DNA of 64,000 bases. Source: the human T2T-CHM13v2.0 reference genome, Homo sapiens. Location: NCBI RefSeq assembly GCF_009914755.1, contig NC_060933.1, one strand, 5' to 3'. Shown in pieces: positions 41,201 to 54,600 of the stretch (position 1 is its first letter; each line of letters opens with the position of its first letter). The notes under the pieces were generated by a model. The model searched no databases, was not told the origin of the DNA, and saw only the letters and a program-made list of their open reading frames with translations. Position numbers and translations under genes: made by a program.

Positions 41201-44200
41201 AATGGAATGGAATGGAATGGAATCAACGCGAGTGCAGGGGAATGGAATGGAATGGAGTGGAATGGAATGGAATCTTCTGGAATGGAATGGAATGGAATGG
41301 AACGGAATGGAATTGAATGGAATGGAATTAACCCGAATAGAATGGAATGGAATGGTATGAAACGGAACGGAACGGAACGGAATGGAATGGAATGGAATGG
41401 AATGGAATGGAATTGTATGGAATGGAATGGAATGGTATGGAATAGAATGGAATGGAAAGAATTAGAATGGAATGGAATCGAATGGAATGGAATGGAATGG
41501 AATGGAATCAACCCGAGTGCAGCTGAATGAAATGGAACGGAATGCAATCGAATGGAATCATCCGGAATGGAATGGAATTCAATGGAATGGAATGGAATGG
41601 AAAGGAATGGAATCAACCCGAGTGCAATGGAATGGAGTGGAATGGAATGGAATGGAATGGAACAACCCGAATGGAATGGAATGTAATGGAGAGTAAGGGA
41701 GTTGAATAGAATCAATCCGAATGTAATGGAATGGAATGGAAGGGAATGGAATGGAATGGAATGGAATGGAATGCAATGGAAAGGAATCACCCCGAGTGCA
41801 ATGGAATAGAGAGGAATGGAATGGAATGGAATGGAAACTACCCGAATGGAATGGAATGTAACGAAGTGTAAGGGAATTGAATAGAATCAATCCGAATGGA
41901 ATGGAATGGAATGGAACGAAATGTAATGTAATGGAATGGAATGGAATCAACCCGAGTGCAGGGGAATGGAATGGAATGGAATGCAATGGAACGGAATCAT
42001 CCGGAATGGAATGGAATGGAATGGAATGGAATGGAATGGACTCAAATCGATTTCAATGGAATGGAATGGAATGGAAAGGAATAGAATGGAATCAACCCGA
42101 GTGGAATGGAATGGAAAGGACTGGAATGGAGTGGAATGGAATGGAATGGAATGGAATCAAAACGATTGGAATGGAATGGAATCGAATGGAATGGAATGGA
42201 ATGGAATCAACTCAATTGCAATGAAATGGAATGGAATGGAATGGAATTACCCGAATAGAATACAATAGAATGGAATAGAACGGAATGTAATGGAATGGAA
42301 TGAAATGGAATCAAGCCGAGTGCAGGGGAATGGAATGGAATGGAATGCAATGGAATGGAATAATTCGGAATGTAATGGAATGGAATGGAATGGAATGGAA
42401 TGGAATCAAATCGATTTCAATGGAATGGAATGGAATAGAATGGAATGGAATTAACATGAATAGAATGGAATGGAATGGAATGGAACGGAAAGGAATGCAA
42501 TGGAACGGAATGGAATCATCCCAAGTGCAGGGGAATGGAATGGAATGGAATTCAATGGAATGGAAACATCCGGAATGGAAAGGAATGGAATGGAATGGAA
42601 TGGAATGGAACGGAATGGAATGGAATCAACCCGAGTGCAATGGAATGGAGAGGAATGGAATGGAATGGAATGGAAACTACCCGAATGGAATGGAATGTAA
42701 TGGAGTGTAAGGGAATTGAATAGAATCAATCCGAATGGAATGGAATGGAATGGAACGGAATGGAATGGAATTGAATGGAATGGAATGCAATGGAATGGAA
42801 TCAACCCGAGTGCAATCGAATGGAATCGAATGGAATGGAATGCAATGGAATGGATTCAACTTGAATGGAATGGAGAGAATGGAATCAACACGATTGGAAT
42901 GGCATGGATTGGAATGGAATGGAATGGAATCAACCCGAGTACAGGGGAATGCAATGGAATGGAATGCAATGGAATGGAATCATCCGTAATGGAATGGAAA
43001 TGAATGGAATGGAATGCAATGGAATGGAATGGAATCAACTCGATTGCAATCGAATGGAATGGAATGGAATTAACCCGAATAGAATGGAATGGAATGGAAT
43101 AGAACGGAACGGAATGGAATGGAATGGAATGGAATGGAACGGAACGGAACGGAATGGAATGGAATGGAATGGAATGGAATCTACGCGAGTGCAGGGGAAT
43201 GGAATGGAATGGAATACAATGCAATGGAATCATCCGGAATGGAATGGAATGGAATGGAATGGAATGGAATCAACTCGATTTCAATGGAATGGAATGGAAT
43301 AGAATGGAATGGAATTAACACGAATAGAATGGAATGGAATGGAATTGAATGGAACAGAAAGGAATGGAATGGAATGGAATGGAATCAACCCAAGTGCAGG
43401 GGAATGGAATGGAATGGAATTCCATGGAATGGATTCATCCGGAATGGAATGGAATGGAATGGAAAGGAATGGAATGGAATAGAATGGAATGGAATGGAAT
43501 CAACCCGAGTGCAATGGAATGGAGAGGAATGGAATGGAATGGAATGGAATGGAATCAACCCGAGTGCAATGGAATGGAGAGGAATGGAATGGAATGGAAT
43601 GGAAACTACCCGAATGGAATGGAATGTAATGGAGTGTAAGGGAATTGAATAGAATCAATCCAAATGTAATGGAATGGAATGGAACGGAATGGAATGGAAT
43701 TGAATGGAATGGAATGCAATGGAATGGAATCAACCCAAGTGCAATCGAATGGAATCGAATGGAATGGAATGTAATGGAATGGATTCAACTTGAATGGAAT
43801 GGAGAGAATGGAATCAACACGATTGGAATGGCATGGATTGGAATGGAATGGAATGAAATCAACCCGAGTACAGGGGAATGCAATGGAATGGAATGCAATG
43901 GAATGGAATCATCCGTAATGGAATGGAAAGGAATGGAATGGAATGGAATGGAATGGAATGGAATCAACTCGATTGCAATCGAATGGAATGGAATGGAATT
44001 AACCCGAATAGAATGGAATGGAATGGAATGGAATGGAACGGAACGGAATGGAATGGAATGGAATGGAATGGAATGGAATGGAACGGAACGGAATGAAATG
44101 GAATGGAATGGAATGGAATGGAATGGAATCAACGCGAGTACAGGGGAATGGAATGGAATGGAATGCAATGCAATGGAATCATCCGGAATGGAATGGAATG

Positions 44201-45600
44201 GAATGGAATGGAATGGAATCAACTCGATTTCAATGGAATGGAATGGAATAGAATGGAATGGAATTAACACGAATAGAATGGAATGGAATGGAATGGAATG
44301 GAACAGAAAGGAATGGAATGGAATGGAATGGAATCAACCAAAGTGCAGGGGAATGGAATGGAATGGAATTCAATGGAATGGATTCATCCGGAATGGAATG
44401 GAATGGAATGGAATGGAATGGAATGGAATCAACCCGAGTGCAATGGAATGGAGAGGAATGGAATGGAATGGAATGGAAACTACCCGGATGGAATGGAATG
44501 TAATGGAGTGTAAGGGAATTGAATAGAATGAATCCGAATGGAATGGAATGGAATGGAATGGAACGGAACGGAATGGAATTGAATGGAATGGAATGGAATG
44601 GAATGGAACGGAACGGAACGGAATGGAATGGAATGGAATGGAATGGAATGGAATCTACGCGAGTGCAGGGGAATGGAATGGAATGGAATGCAATGGAATG
44701 GAATCTTCCGGCATGGAATGGAATGGAATGGAATAGAATGGAATGGAATGGAATGGAATGGAATCAACGCGAGTACAGGGGAATGGAATGGAATGGAATG
44801 GAATGCAATGGAATGGAATCATCCGTAATGGAATGGAAAGGAATGGAATGGAATGGAATGGAATGGAATCAACTCGATTGCAATCGAATGGAATGGAATG
44901 GAATTAACCCGAATAGAATGGAATGGAATGGAACGGAACGGAACGGAACGGAACGGAACGGAACGGAGTGGAATGGAATGGAATGGAATGGAACGGAGCG
45001 GAATGGAATGAAATGGAATGGAATGGAATGGAATCAACGCGAGTGCAGGGGAATGGAATGGAATAGAGTGGAATGGAATGGAATCTTCTGGAATGGAATG
45101 GAATGGAATGGAACGGAATGGAATTGAATGGAATGGAATTAACCCGAATAGAATGGAATGGAATGGTATGAAACGGAACGGAACGGAACGGAATGGAATG
45201 GAATGGAATGGAATGGAATGGAATTGTATGGAATGGAATGGAATGGTATGGAATAGAATGGATTGGAAAGAATTAGAATGGAATGGAATCGAATGGAATG
45301 GAATGGAATGGAATGGAATCAACCCGAGTGCAGCTGAATGAAATGGAACGGAATGCAATCGAATGGAATCATCCGGAATGGAATGGAATTCAATGGAATG
45401 GAATGGAATGGAAAGGAATGGAATCAACCCGAGTGCAATGGAATGGAGTGGAATGGAATGGAATGGAATGGAACAACCCGAATGGAATGGAATGTAATGG
45501 AGAGTAAGGGAGTTGAATAGAATCAATCCGAATGTAATGGAATGGAATGGAAGGGAATGGAATGGAATGGAATGGAATGGAATGCAATGGAAAGGAATCA
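38258..45600 (+). repeat. ~3.8-kb tandem duplication, each copy with an internal ~929-bp doublet
   Basis: Identical ORFs 38655/42451, 38920/42716 and 39704/43500 (offset 3796), 40452/44258 (3806), 41527/45338 (3811). Internal doublet: 38881/39810 (offset 929). Markers TCAAAACGATT, TTACCCGAATAGAATAC, TCAAGCCG, TCTACGCG and GTGCAGCTGAATG. Confidence 0.95.
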
Positions 45601-45654
45601 ACCCGAGTACAATGGAATGGAATGGAATGGAATGGAATTGAATGGAATGGAATC

Positions 45655-48600
45655 AACCCGAGTGCAATGGAATAGAGAGGAATGGAATGGAATGGAATGG
45701 AATGCAATGGAATGGAATGGAATGGAATGAAATGCAAGGGAATGGAATCAACCCGAGTGCAATCGAATGGAATCGAATGGAATGGAAAGCAATGGAATGG
45801 ATTCAACTTGAATGGAATGGAAAGAATGGAATCAACACGAGTGGAATGGCATGGATTGGAATGGAATGGAATGGAATCAACCCGAGTACAGGGGAATGGA
45901 ATGGAATGGAATGCAATGGAATGGAATCATTCGTAATGTAATGGAAAGGAATGGAATGGAATGGAATGGAATGGAATGGAATCAACTCGATTGCAATCGA
46001 ATGGAATGGAATGGAATTAACCCGAATAGAATGGAATGGAATGGAATGGAACGGAACGGAATGGAACGGAACGGAATGGCATGGAATGGAATGGAATGGA
46101 ATGGAATGGGATGGAATGGAATGGAATGGAATGGAATCAAGGCGAGTGCAGGGGAATGGAATGGAATGGAATGCAATGGAATGTAATCTTCCGGAATGGA
46201 ATGGAATGGAATGGAATGGAATGGAATGGAATGGAATGGAATGGAATCAACGCGAGTACAGGGGAATGGAATGGAATGGAATGCAATGGAATGGAATCTT
46301 CCGGAATGGAAAGGAATGTAATGGAATGGAATGGAATCAACTCGAATGCAATCGAATGGAATGGAATGGAATTAACCCGAATAGAATGGAATGGAATGGA
46401 ATGGAACGGAACGGAACGGAATGGAATGGAATGGAATGGAATGGAACGGAACGGAACGGAATGCAATGGAATGGAACGGAATGGAATGGAATCAACGCGA
46501 GTGCAGGGGAATGGAATGGAATGGAATGCAATGGAATGGAATCTTCCGGAATAGAATGGAATGGAATGGAATGGAATGCAATGGATTCAACTCGATTGCA
46601 ATGGAATGGAATAGAATGAAATGGAATGGAATGGAATGGAATTAACCCGAATAGAATGGTATGGAATGGAATGGAACGGAACGGAACGGAACGGAACGGA
46701 ATGGAATGGAATGGAATGGAATAGAATGCAATTGTTTGGAATGGAATGTAATGGTACGGAATAGAATGGAATGGAATGAATTGGAATGGAATGGAATGGA
46801 ATGGAATGGAAAGGAATGGAATGGAATCAACCCGAGTGCAGGGGAATGTAATGGAACGGAATGCAATGGAATGGAATCATCCGGAATGGAATGGAATGGA
46901 ATGGAATGGAATGGAATGGAATGGAATGGAATGGAATCAACCCGAGTGCAATGGAATTGAGTGGAATGGAATGGAATGGAATGGAACAACCCGAATGGAA
47001 TGGAATGTAATGGAGAGTAAGGGAGTTGAATAGAATCAATCCGAATGTAATGGAATGGAATGGAACGGAATGGAATGGAATGGAATTGAATGGAATGCAA
47101 TGGAATGGAATCAACCCGAGTACAATGGAATGGAATGGAATGGAATGGAATGGAATGGAATGGAATCAACTCTATTGCATTGGAATCGAATGGAACAGAA
47201 CGGAATGGAAAGGAGAGGAATGGAATGGAATGGAATGGAAACTACCTGAATGGAATGGAATGAAATGGAGTGTGAGGGAATTTAATAGAATCAATCCGAA
47301 TGGAATGGAATGGAATGGAACGGAATGTAATGTAATGGAATGGAATGGAATCAACCCGAGTGCAGGGGAATGGAATGGAATGGAATGCAGTGGAATGGAA
47401 TCATCCGGAATGGAATGGAATGGAATGGAAGGGAATGGAATGGAATGGAGTGGAAAGGAATGGAATCAACCCGAGTGCAGGGGAATGGAAAGCAATGGAG
47501 TGCAATGGAATGGAATCATCCGGAATGGAATGGAATGGAATGGAATGCAAAGCAATGCAATCAACTCTATTGCAATGGAATGGAATGGAATGGAAAGGAA
47601 TAGAATGGAATCAACTCGAGTGGAATGGAATGGAAAGGACTCAAATGGAGTGGAATGGAATGGAATGGAATGGAAAGGAATCAACTCGATTGGAATGCAA
47701 TGGAATGGAATGGAATGGAATGGAATGGAATTAACCCGAATAGAATGGAATGGAATGGAATGGAACGCAACGGAACGGAACGGAATGGAATGGAATGGAA
47801 TGTAATGGAATGGAATCAACCCGACTGCAGGGGAATGGAATGGAATGGAATTCAATGGAATGGAATCATCCGGAACGGAATGGAATGGAATGGAATGGAA
47901 TCAACTCGATTGCAATGGAATGGAATAGAATGGAATGGAATGGAATGGAATGGAATTAACCCGAATAGAATGGAATGGAATGGAATGGAAAGGAATGGAA
48001 GGGAATGGAATGGAATGGAATCAACCCGAGTGCAGGGGATTGGAATGGAATGGAATGCAATGGAATGGAAACATCCGGAATGGAATGGAATGGAATGGAA
48101 TGCAATCAACCCGATGCAATGGAATGGAGTGGAATGGAATGGAATGGAATGGAATGGAAACATCCCGAATGGAATGGAATGTAATGGAGTGTAAGGGAAT
48201 TGAATAGAATCAATCCGAATGTAATGGAATGGAATGGAATGAAATGGAATAGAATGGAATGGAATGGAATCAACCCGAGTGCAATGGAATGGATTCGAAT
48301 GGAATGGAATGGAATGGAATGGATTCAAGAAGAATGGAATGGAAAGAAATGGAATCAACCCGAGTGTAATGGCATGGAATGGATTGGAATGGAATGGGAT
48401 GGAATGGAATGGTACGGAATAGAATGGAATGGAATGAAATGGAATGGAATGGAATGGAATGAAATGGAGTGGAATTGAATGGAATGAACCCGTGTGCAAT
48501 GGAATGGAATGCAATGGAATGGAATGGATTCCACTCGAATGGAATCAACTCGATTGCAATGGAATGAAATGGAATGGAAAGGAATAGAATGGAATTAACC

Positions 48601-51600
48601 CGAGTGGAATTGAATGGAAAAGACTGGAATGGAGTGGAATGGAATGGAATGGAACGGAATGGAACGGAATGGAATGGAATGGAATGCAATGGAATGGAAT
48701 CTTCCGGAATGGAATGGAATGGAATGGAATGGAATGGAATGGAATGGATTCAACTCGATTGCAATGGAATGGAATAGAATGGAATGGAATGGAATGGAAT
48801 GGAATTAACCCGAATAGAATGGAATGGAATGGAACGGAACGGAACGGAACGGAATGGAATGGAAAGGAATGGAATGGAATGGAATGGAATGGAATGGAAT
48901 TGTATGGAATGGAATGGAATGGTACGGAATAGAATGGAATGGAAAGAATTGGAATGGAATGGAATGGAATGGAATGGAATGGAATGGAATGGAATCAACC
49001 CGAGTGCAGGGGAATGTAATGGAACGGAATGCAATGGAATGGAATCATCCGGAATGGAATGGAATGGAATGGAATGGAATGGAGTGGAATGGAATGGAAT
49101 CAACCTGAGTGCAATGGAATGGAGTGGAATGGAATGGAATGGAATGGAACAACCCGAATAGAATGGAATGTAACGGAGAGTAAGGGAGTTGAATAGAATC
49201 AATCCGAATGCAATGGAATGGAATGGAACGGAATGGAATGGAATGGAATTGAATGGAATGCAATGGAATGGAATCAACGCGAGTACAATGGAATGGAATG
49301 GAATGGAATGGAATGGAATGGAATGGAATGGAATCAACCCGAGTGGAAAGGAATGGATAGGACTGGAATGGAGTGGAATGGAATGGAATGGAATGGAATG
49401 GAATCAACCCGAGTGCAATGGAATGGAGAGGAATGGAATGGAATGGAATGGAAACTACCCGAATCGAATGGAATGTAATGGAGTGTAAGGGAATTGAATA
49501 GAATCAATCCGAATGTAATGGAATGGAATGGAACGGAATGGAATGGAATGCAATGGAATGGAATGCAATGGAATGCAATGGAATGGAAAGGAATTGAATG
49601 GAGTGGAATGACTTCAAACCGAATGGAATGGAAAGGAATGGAATCAACAAGAGTGGAATGGAATGGAATGCAATGGAATGGAATGGAATGGAATCAACCC
49701 GAGTGTAATGGAATGGAATCGAATGGAATGGAAAAGAATAGAATGGATTCAACCCCAATGGAATGGAAAGGAATGGAATCAACCCGAGTGGAATGGCATG
49801 GTATGGAATGGAAAGGAATGGAATGGAATGGTACAGAACGGAATGGATTGGAACGAAATGGAATGGAATGGAATGGAATGGAATGGAATGGAATGGAATC
49901 AACTCCATTGCAAAAGAATGGAAAGGAATGGAATGGAATAGAATGGAATGGAATTAACACGAATAGATTGGAATGGAATGGAATGGAATCAACCTGAGTA
50001 CAGGGGAATGTAATGGAATGGAATGCAATGGAATGGAATCATCCGTAATGGAATGGAAAGGAATGGAATGGAATGGAATGGAATGGAATGGAATGGAATG
50101 AAATGGAATGGAATGGAATCAACTCGATTGCAATGGAATGGAATGGAATTAACCCGAATAGAATGGAATGGAATGGAATGGAACGGAATGGAATGGAATG
50201 GAATGGAATGGAATGGAATGCAATGGAATGGAATCAACCAGAGTACAATGGAATGCAATGGTATGGAATGGAATGGAAAGGAATGGAATGGAATTGAATG
50301 GAATGGAATGCCTTCAAACCGAAAGGAATGGAAAGGAATGGAATCAACACGAGTGGAATGGAATAGAATGGAATGAAATGGAATGGAATGGTACGGAAAA
50401 GAATGGAATGGAACGAAATGGAATGGAATGGAATGGAATGGAATCGAATGGAATCGAATGGAATCGTTCCGAGTGGAATAGGAGGGAATGTATTCGAGTG
50501 GAATGGAAAGGAATGGAATCAACCAGAGTGGAATGGCAGGGAATGGAATGGAATGGAAACTAATAGAATGGAATCAACCCGAGTGGAATGGAATGGAACG
50601 CACTGGAATGGAATGGAATGCAATGGAATGGAATGGAATGGAATGGAATCAACTCGATTGTAATGGAATGGAATGGAATGGAAAGGAATGGAATGGAACG
50701 GAATGGAGTGGAATGGAATGGAATCAACCCGAGTGCAGGGGAATGGAATGGAATGGAATGCAATGGAATGGAATCATCCGGAATGGAATGGAATGGAATG
50801 GAATGCTATGGAATGGAATCAATCAACCCGAGTGCAGTAGAATGCAGTGGAATGGAATGGAATGCAATGGAAACTACCCGAATGGAATGGAATGTAATGG
50901 AGTGTAAGGTAATTAAAAAGAATCAATCTGAATGTAATGGAATGGAATGGAACGGAATGGAATGGAATGAAATGGAATGGAATGGAATGGAATGGAATGG
51001 AATCAACCCGAGTGCAATGGAATGGAATTGAATGGAATGGAATGGAATGGAATGGATTCAACCCGAATGGAATGGAAAGGAATGGAATAAAGCCGAATGG
51101 AATGACATGGAATGGAATGGAATGGAATGGAATGGAATGGAATGGAATGGTACGGAATAGAATGGAATGGAACGAAATGGAATGGAATGGAATGGAATGG
51201 AATGGAATGGAATGCAATGGAATGGAATGAACACGTGTGCAATGGAATGGAATCGAATGGAATGGAATGGAATGGAATGGGTTGGACTCGAATGGAATGG
51301 AAAGGAATGGAATCAACCCGAGTAGAATGGCATGGAAAGGAATGGATTGGAATGGAATGGAATGGAATGGAATGAAATGGAATGGAATGGAATGGATTCA
51401 ACCTGAATGGAATGGAAAGGAATGCAATAAACCCGAGTGGAATGCCATGGAATGGAGTGGAATGCAACGGATTGGAATGGAATGGTACGGAATAGAATGG
51501 AATGGAAAGAAAAGGAAAGGAATGGAATGGAATGGAATGGAAAGGAGTGGAATGGAATGGAATGAACCCGTGTGCAAAGGAATGGAATGGAATGGAATGG

Positions 51601-54600
51601 AATGGAATGGAATGGATTCAACTCGAAAGGAATGGAAAGGAATGGAATCAACCCGACTGGAATGGCATGGAATGGAGTGGAATGGAATGGAATGGAATGG
51701 AATGGAATGGTACGGAATAGAATGGAATGGAACGATATGGAATGGAATGGAATGGAATGGAATTGAATGGAATGGAATCATTCCGAGTGGAATAGAAAGG
51801 AATGTATTCGAGTGGAATCGAAAGGAATGGAATGAACCAGAGTGGAATGGAAGGGAAAGGAATGGAATGAAAAAGAATAGAATGGAATCAACCCAAGTGG
51901 AAAGGAATGGAAAGGAATGGAACGGAATGGATTTGAATGGAATGGAATGGAATGGAATCAACTCGATTGCAATGGAATGGAAAGGAATGGAATGGAATGG
52001 AATGGAATGGAATTAAACCGAATAGAATGGAATGGAATGGAATGGAACAGAATGAAATGGAATTGAATGGAATGGAATCAACCCGAGTGCAGGGGATTGG
52101 AATGGAATGGAATGGAATGGAACGGAATGGAATGGAATGGAATGGAATCAACTCGATTGTAATGTAAAGGAATGGAATGGAACGGAATGGAATGGAATGG
52201 AATGGAATGAAATGGAATGGCATGGAATGGAATGGAATCAACGCGAGTGCAATGGAATGGAATCGAATGGAATGGAATGGAATGGAATGGAATGGATTCA
52301 ACCCGAATGGAATGGAAAGGTATGGGATAAACCTGAGTGGAACGGCATGGAATGGAATGGAATGGAATTTAATGGTACGGGATATAATGGAATGGAACGA
52401 AATGGAATGGAATGGACTGGAAAGGAATGGAATGGAATGGAATGGAATGGAATGGAATGGAATGGATTCAACTCGAATGCAATGGAAAGGAATGGAATCA
52501 ACCCGAGTGGAATGGCATGGAATCGAATGGAATGGAATGGAATGGAATGGTACGGAATAGAAGGGAAAGGAACGAAATGGAATGGAATGGAATGGAATGG
52601 AATGGAATGGAAGGCAATGGAATGGAATCATCCGGAATTGAATGGAATGGAACGGAATGGAATGGAATCAACTCGATTGCAATGGAATGGAATGGAATGG
52701 AATTAACCCGAAGAGAATGGATTGGAATGGAGTGGAATGGAATGGAATGGAATGGAAGGGAATGGAATGGAATGGAATGGAATGGAATGGAATAGAATGG
52801 AATGGAATGGAATTAACCCGAGTGCAATGGAATAGAGAGGAATGGAATGGAATGGAATGGAATGCAATGGAATGGAATGGAATGGAATGAAATGCAAGGG
52901 AATGTAATCAACCCGAGTGCAATCGAATGGAATCGAATGGAATGGAAAGCAATGGAATGGATTCAACTTGAATGGAATGGAAAGAATGGAATCAACACGA
53001 GTGGAATGGCATGGATTGGAATGGAATGGAATGGAATCAACCCGAGTACAGGGGAATGGAATGGAATGGAATGCAATGGAATGGAATCATTCGTAATGTA
53101 ATGGAAAGGAATGGAATGGAATGGAATGGAATGGAATGGAATCAACTCGATTGCAATCGAATGGAATGGAATGGAATTAACCCGAATAGAATGGAATGGA
53201 ATGGAATGGAACGGAACGGAATGGAACGGAACGGAATGGCATGGAATGGAATGGAATGGAATGGAATGGGATGGAATGGAATGGAATGGAATGGAATCAA
53301 GGCGAGTGCAGGGGAATGGAATGGAATGGAATGCAATGGAATGTAATCTTCCGGAATGGAATGGAATGGAATGGAATGGAATGGAATGGAATGGAATGGA
53401 ATCAACGCGAGTACAGGGGAATGGAATGGAATGGAATGCAATGGAATGGAATCTTCCGGAATGGAAAGGAATGTAATGGAATGGAATGGAATCAACTCGA
53501 ATGCAATCGAATGGAATGGAATGGAATTAACCCGAATAGAATGGAATGGAATGGAATGGAACGGAACGGAACGGAATGGAATGGAATGGAATGGAATGGA
53601 ACGGAACGGAACGGAATGCAATGGAACGGAACGGAATGGAATGGAATCAACGCGAGTGCAGGGGAATGGAATGGAATGGAATGCAATGGAATGGAATCTT
53701 CCGGAATAGAATGGAATGGAATGGAATGGAATGCAATGGATTCAACTCGATTGCAATGGAATGGAATAGAATGAAATGGAATGGAATGGAATGGAATTAA
53801 CCCGAATAGAATGGTATGGAATGGAATGGAACGGAACGGAACGGAACGGAACGGAATGGAATGGAATGGAATGGAATAGAATGCAATTGTTTGGAATGGA
53901 ATGTAATGGTACGGAATAGAATGGAATGGAATGAATTGGAATGGAATGGAATGGAATGGAATGGAAAGGAATGGAATGGAATCAACCCGAGTGCAGGGGA
54001 ATGTAATGGAACGGAATGCAATGGAATGGAATCATCCGGAATGGAATGGAATGGAATGGAATGGAATGGAATGGAATGGAATGGAATCAACCCGAGTGCA
54101 ATGGAATTGAGTGGAATGGAATGGAATGGAATGGAACAACCCGAATGGAATGGAATGTAATGGAGAGTAAGGGAGTTGAATAGAATCAATCCGAATGTAA
54201 TGGAATGGAATGGAACGGAATGGAATGGAATGGAATTGAATGGAATGCAATGGAATGGAATCAACCCGAGTACAATGGAATGGAATGGAATGGAATGGAA
54301 TGGAATGGAATGGAATCAACTCTATTGCATTGGAATCGAATGGAACAGAACGGAATGGAAAGGAGAGGAATGGAATGGAATGGAATGGAAACTACCTGAA
54401 TGGAATGGAATGAAATGGAGTGTGAGGGAATTTAATAGAATCAATCCGAATGGAATGGAATGGAATGGAACGGAATGTAATGTAATGGAATGGAATGGAA
54501 TCAACCCGAGTGCAGGGGAATGGAATGGAATGGAATGCAGTGGAATGGAATCATCCGGAATGGAATGGAATGGAATGGAAGGGAATGGAATGGAATGGAG

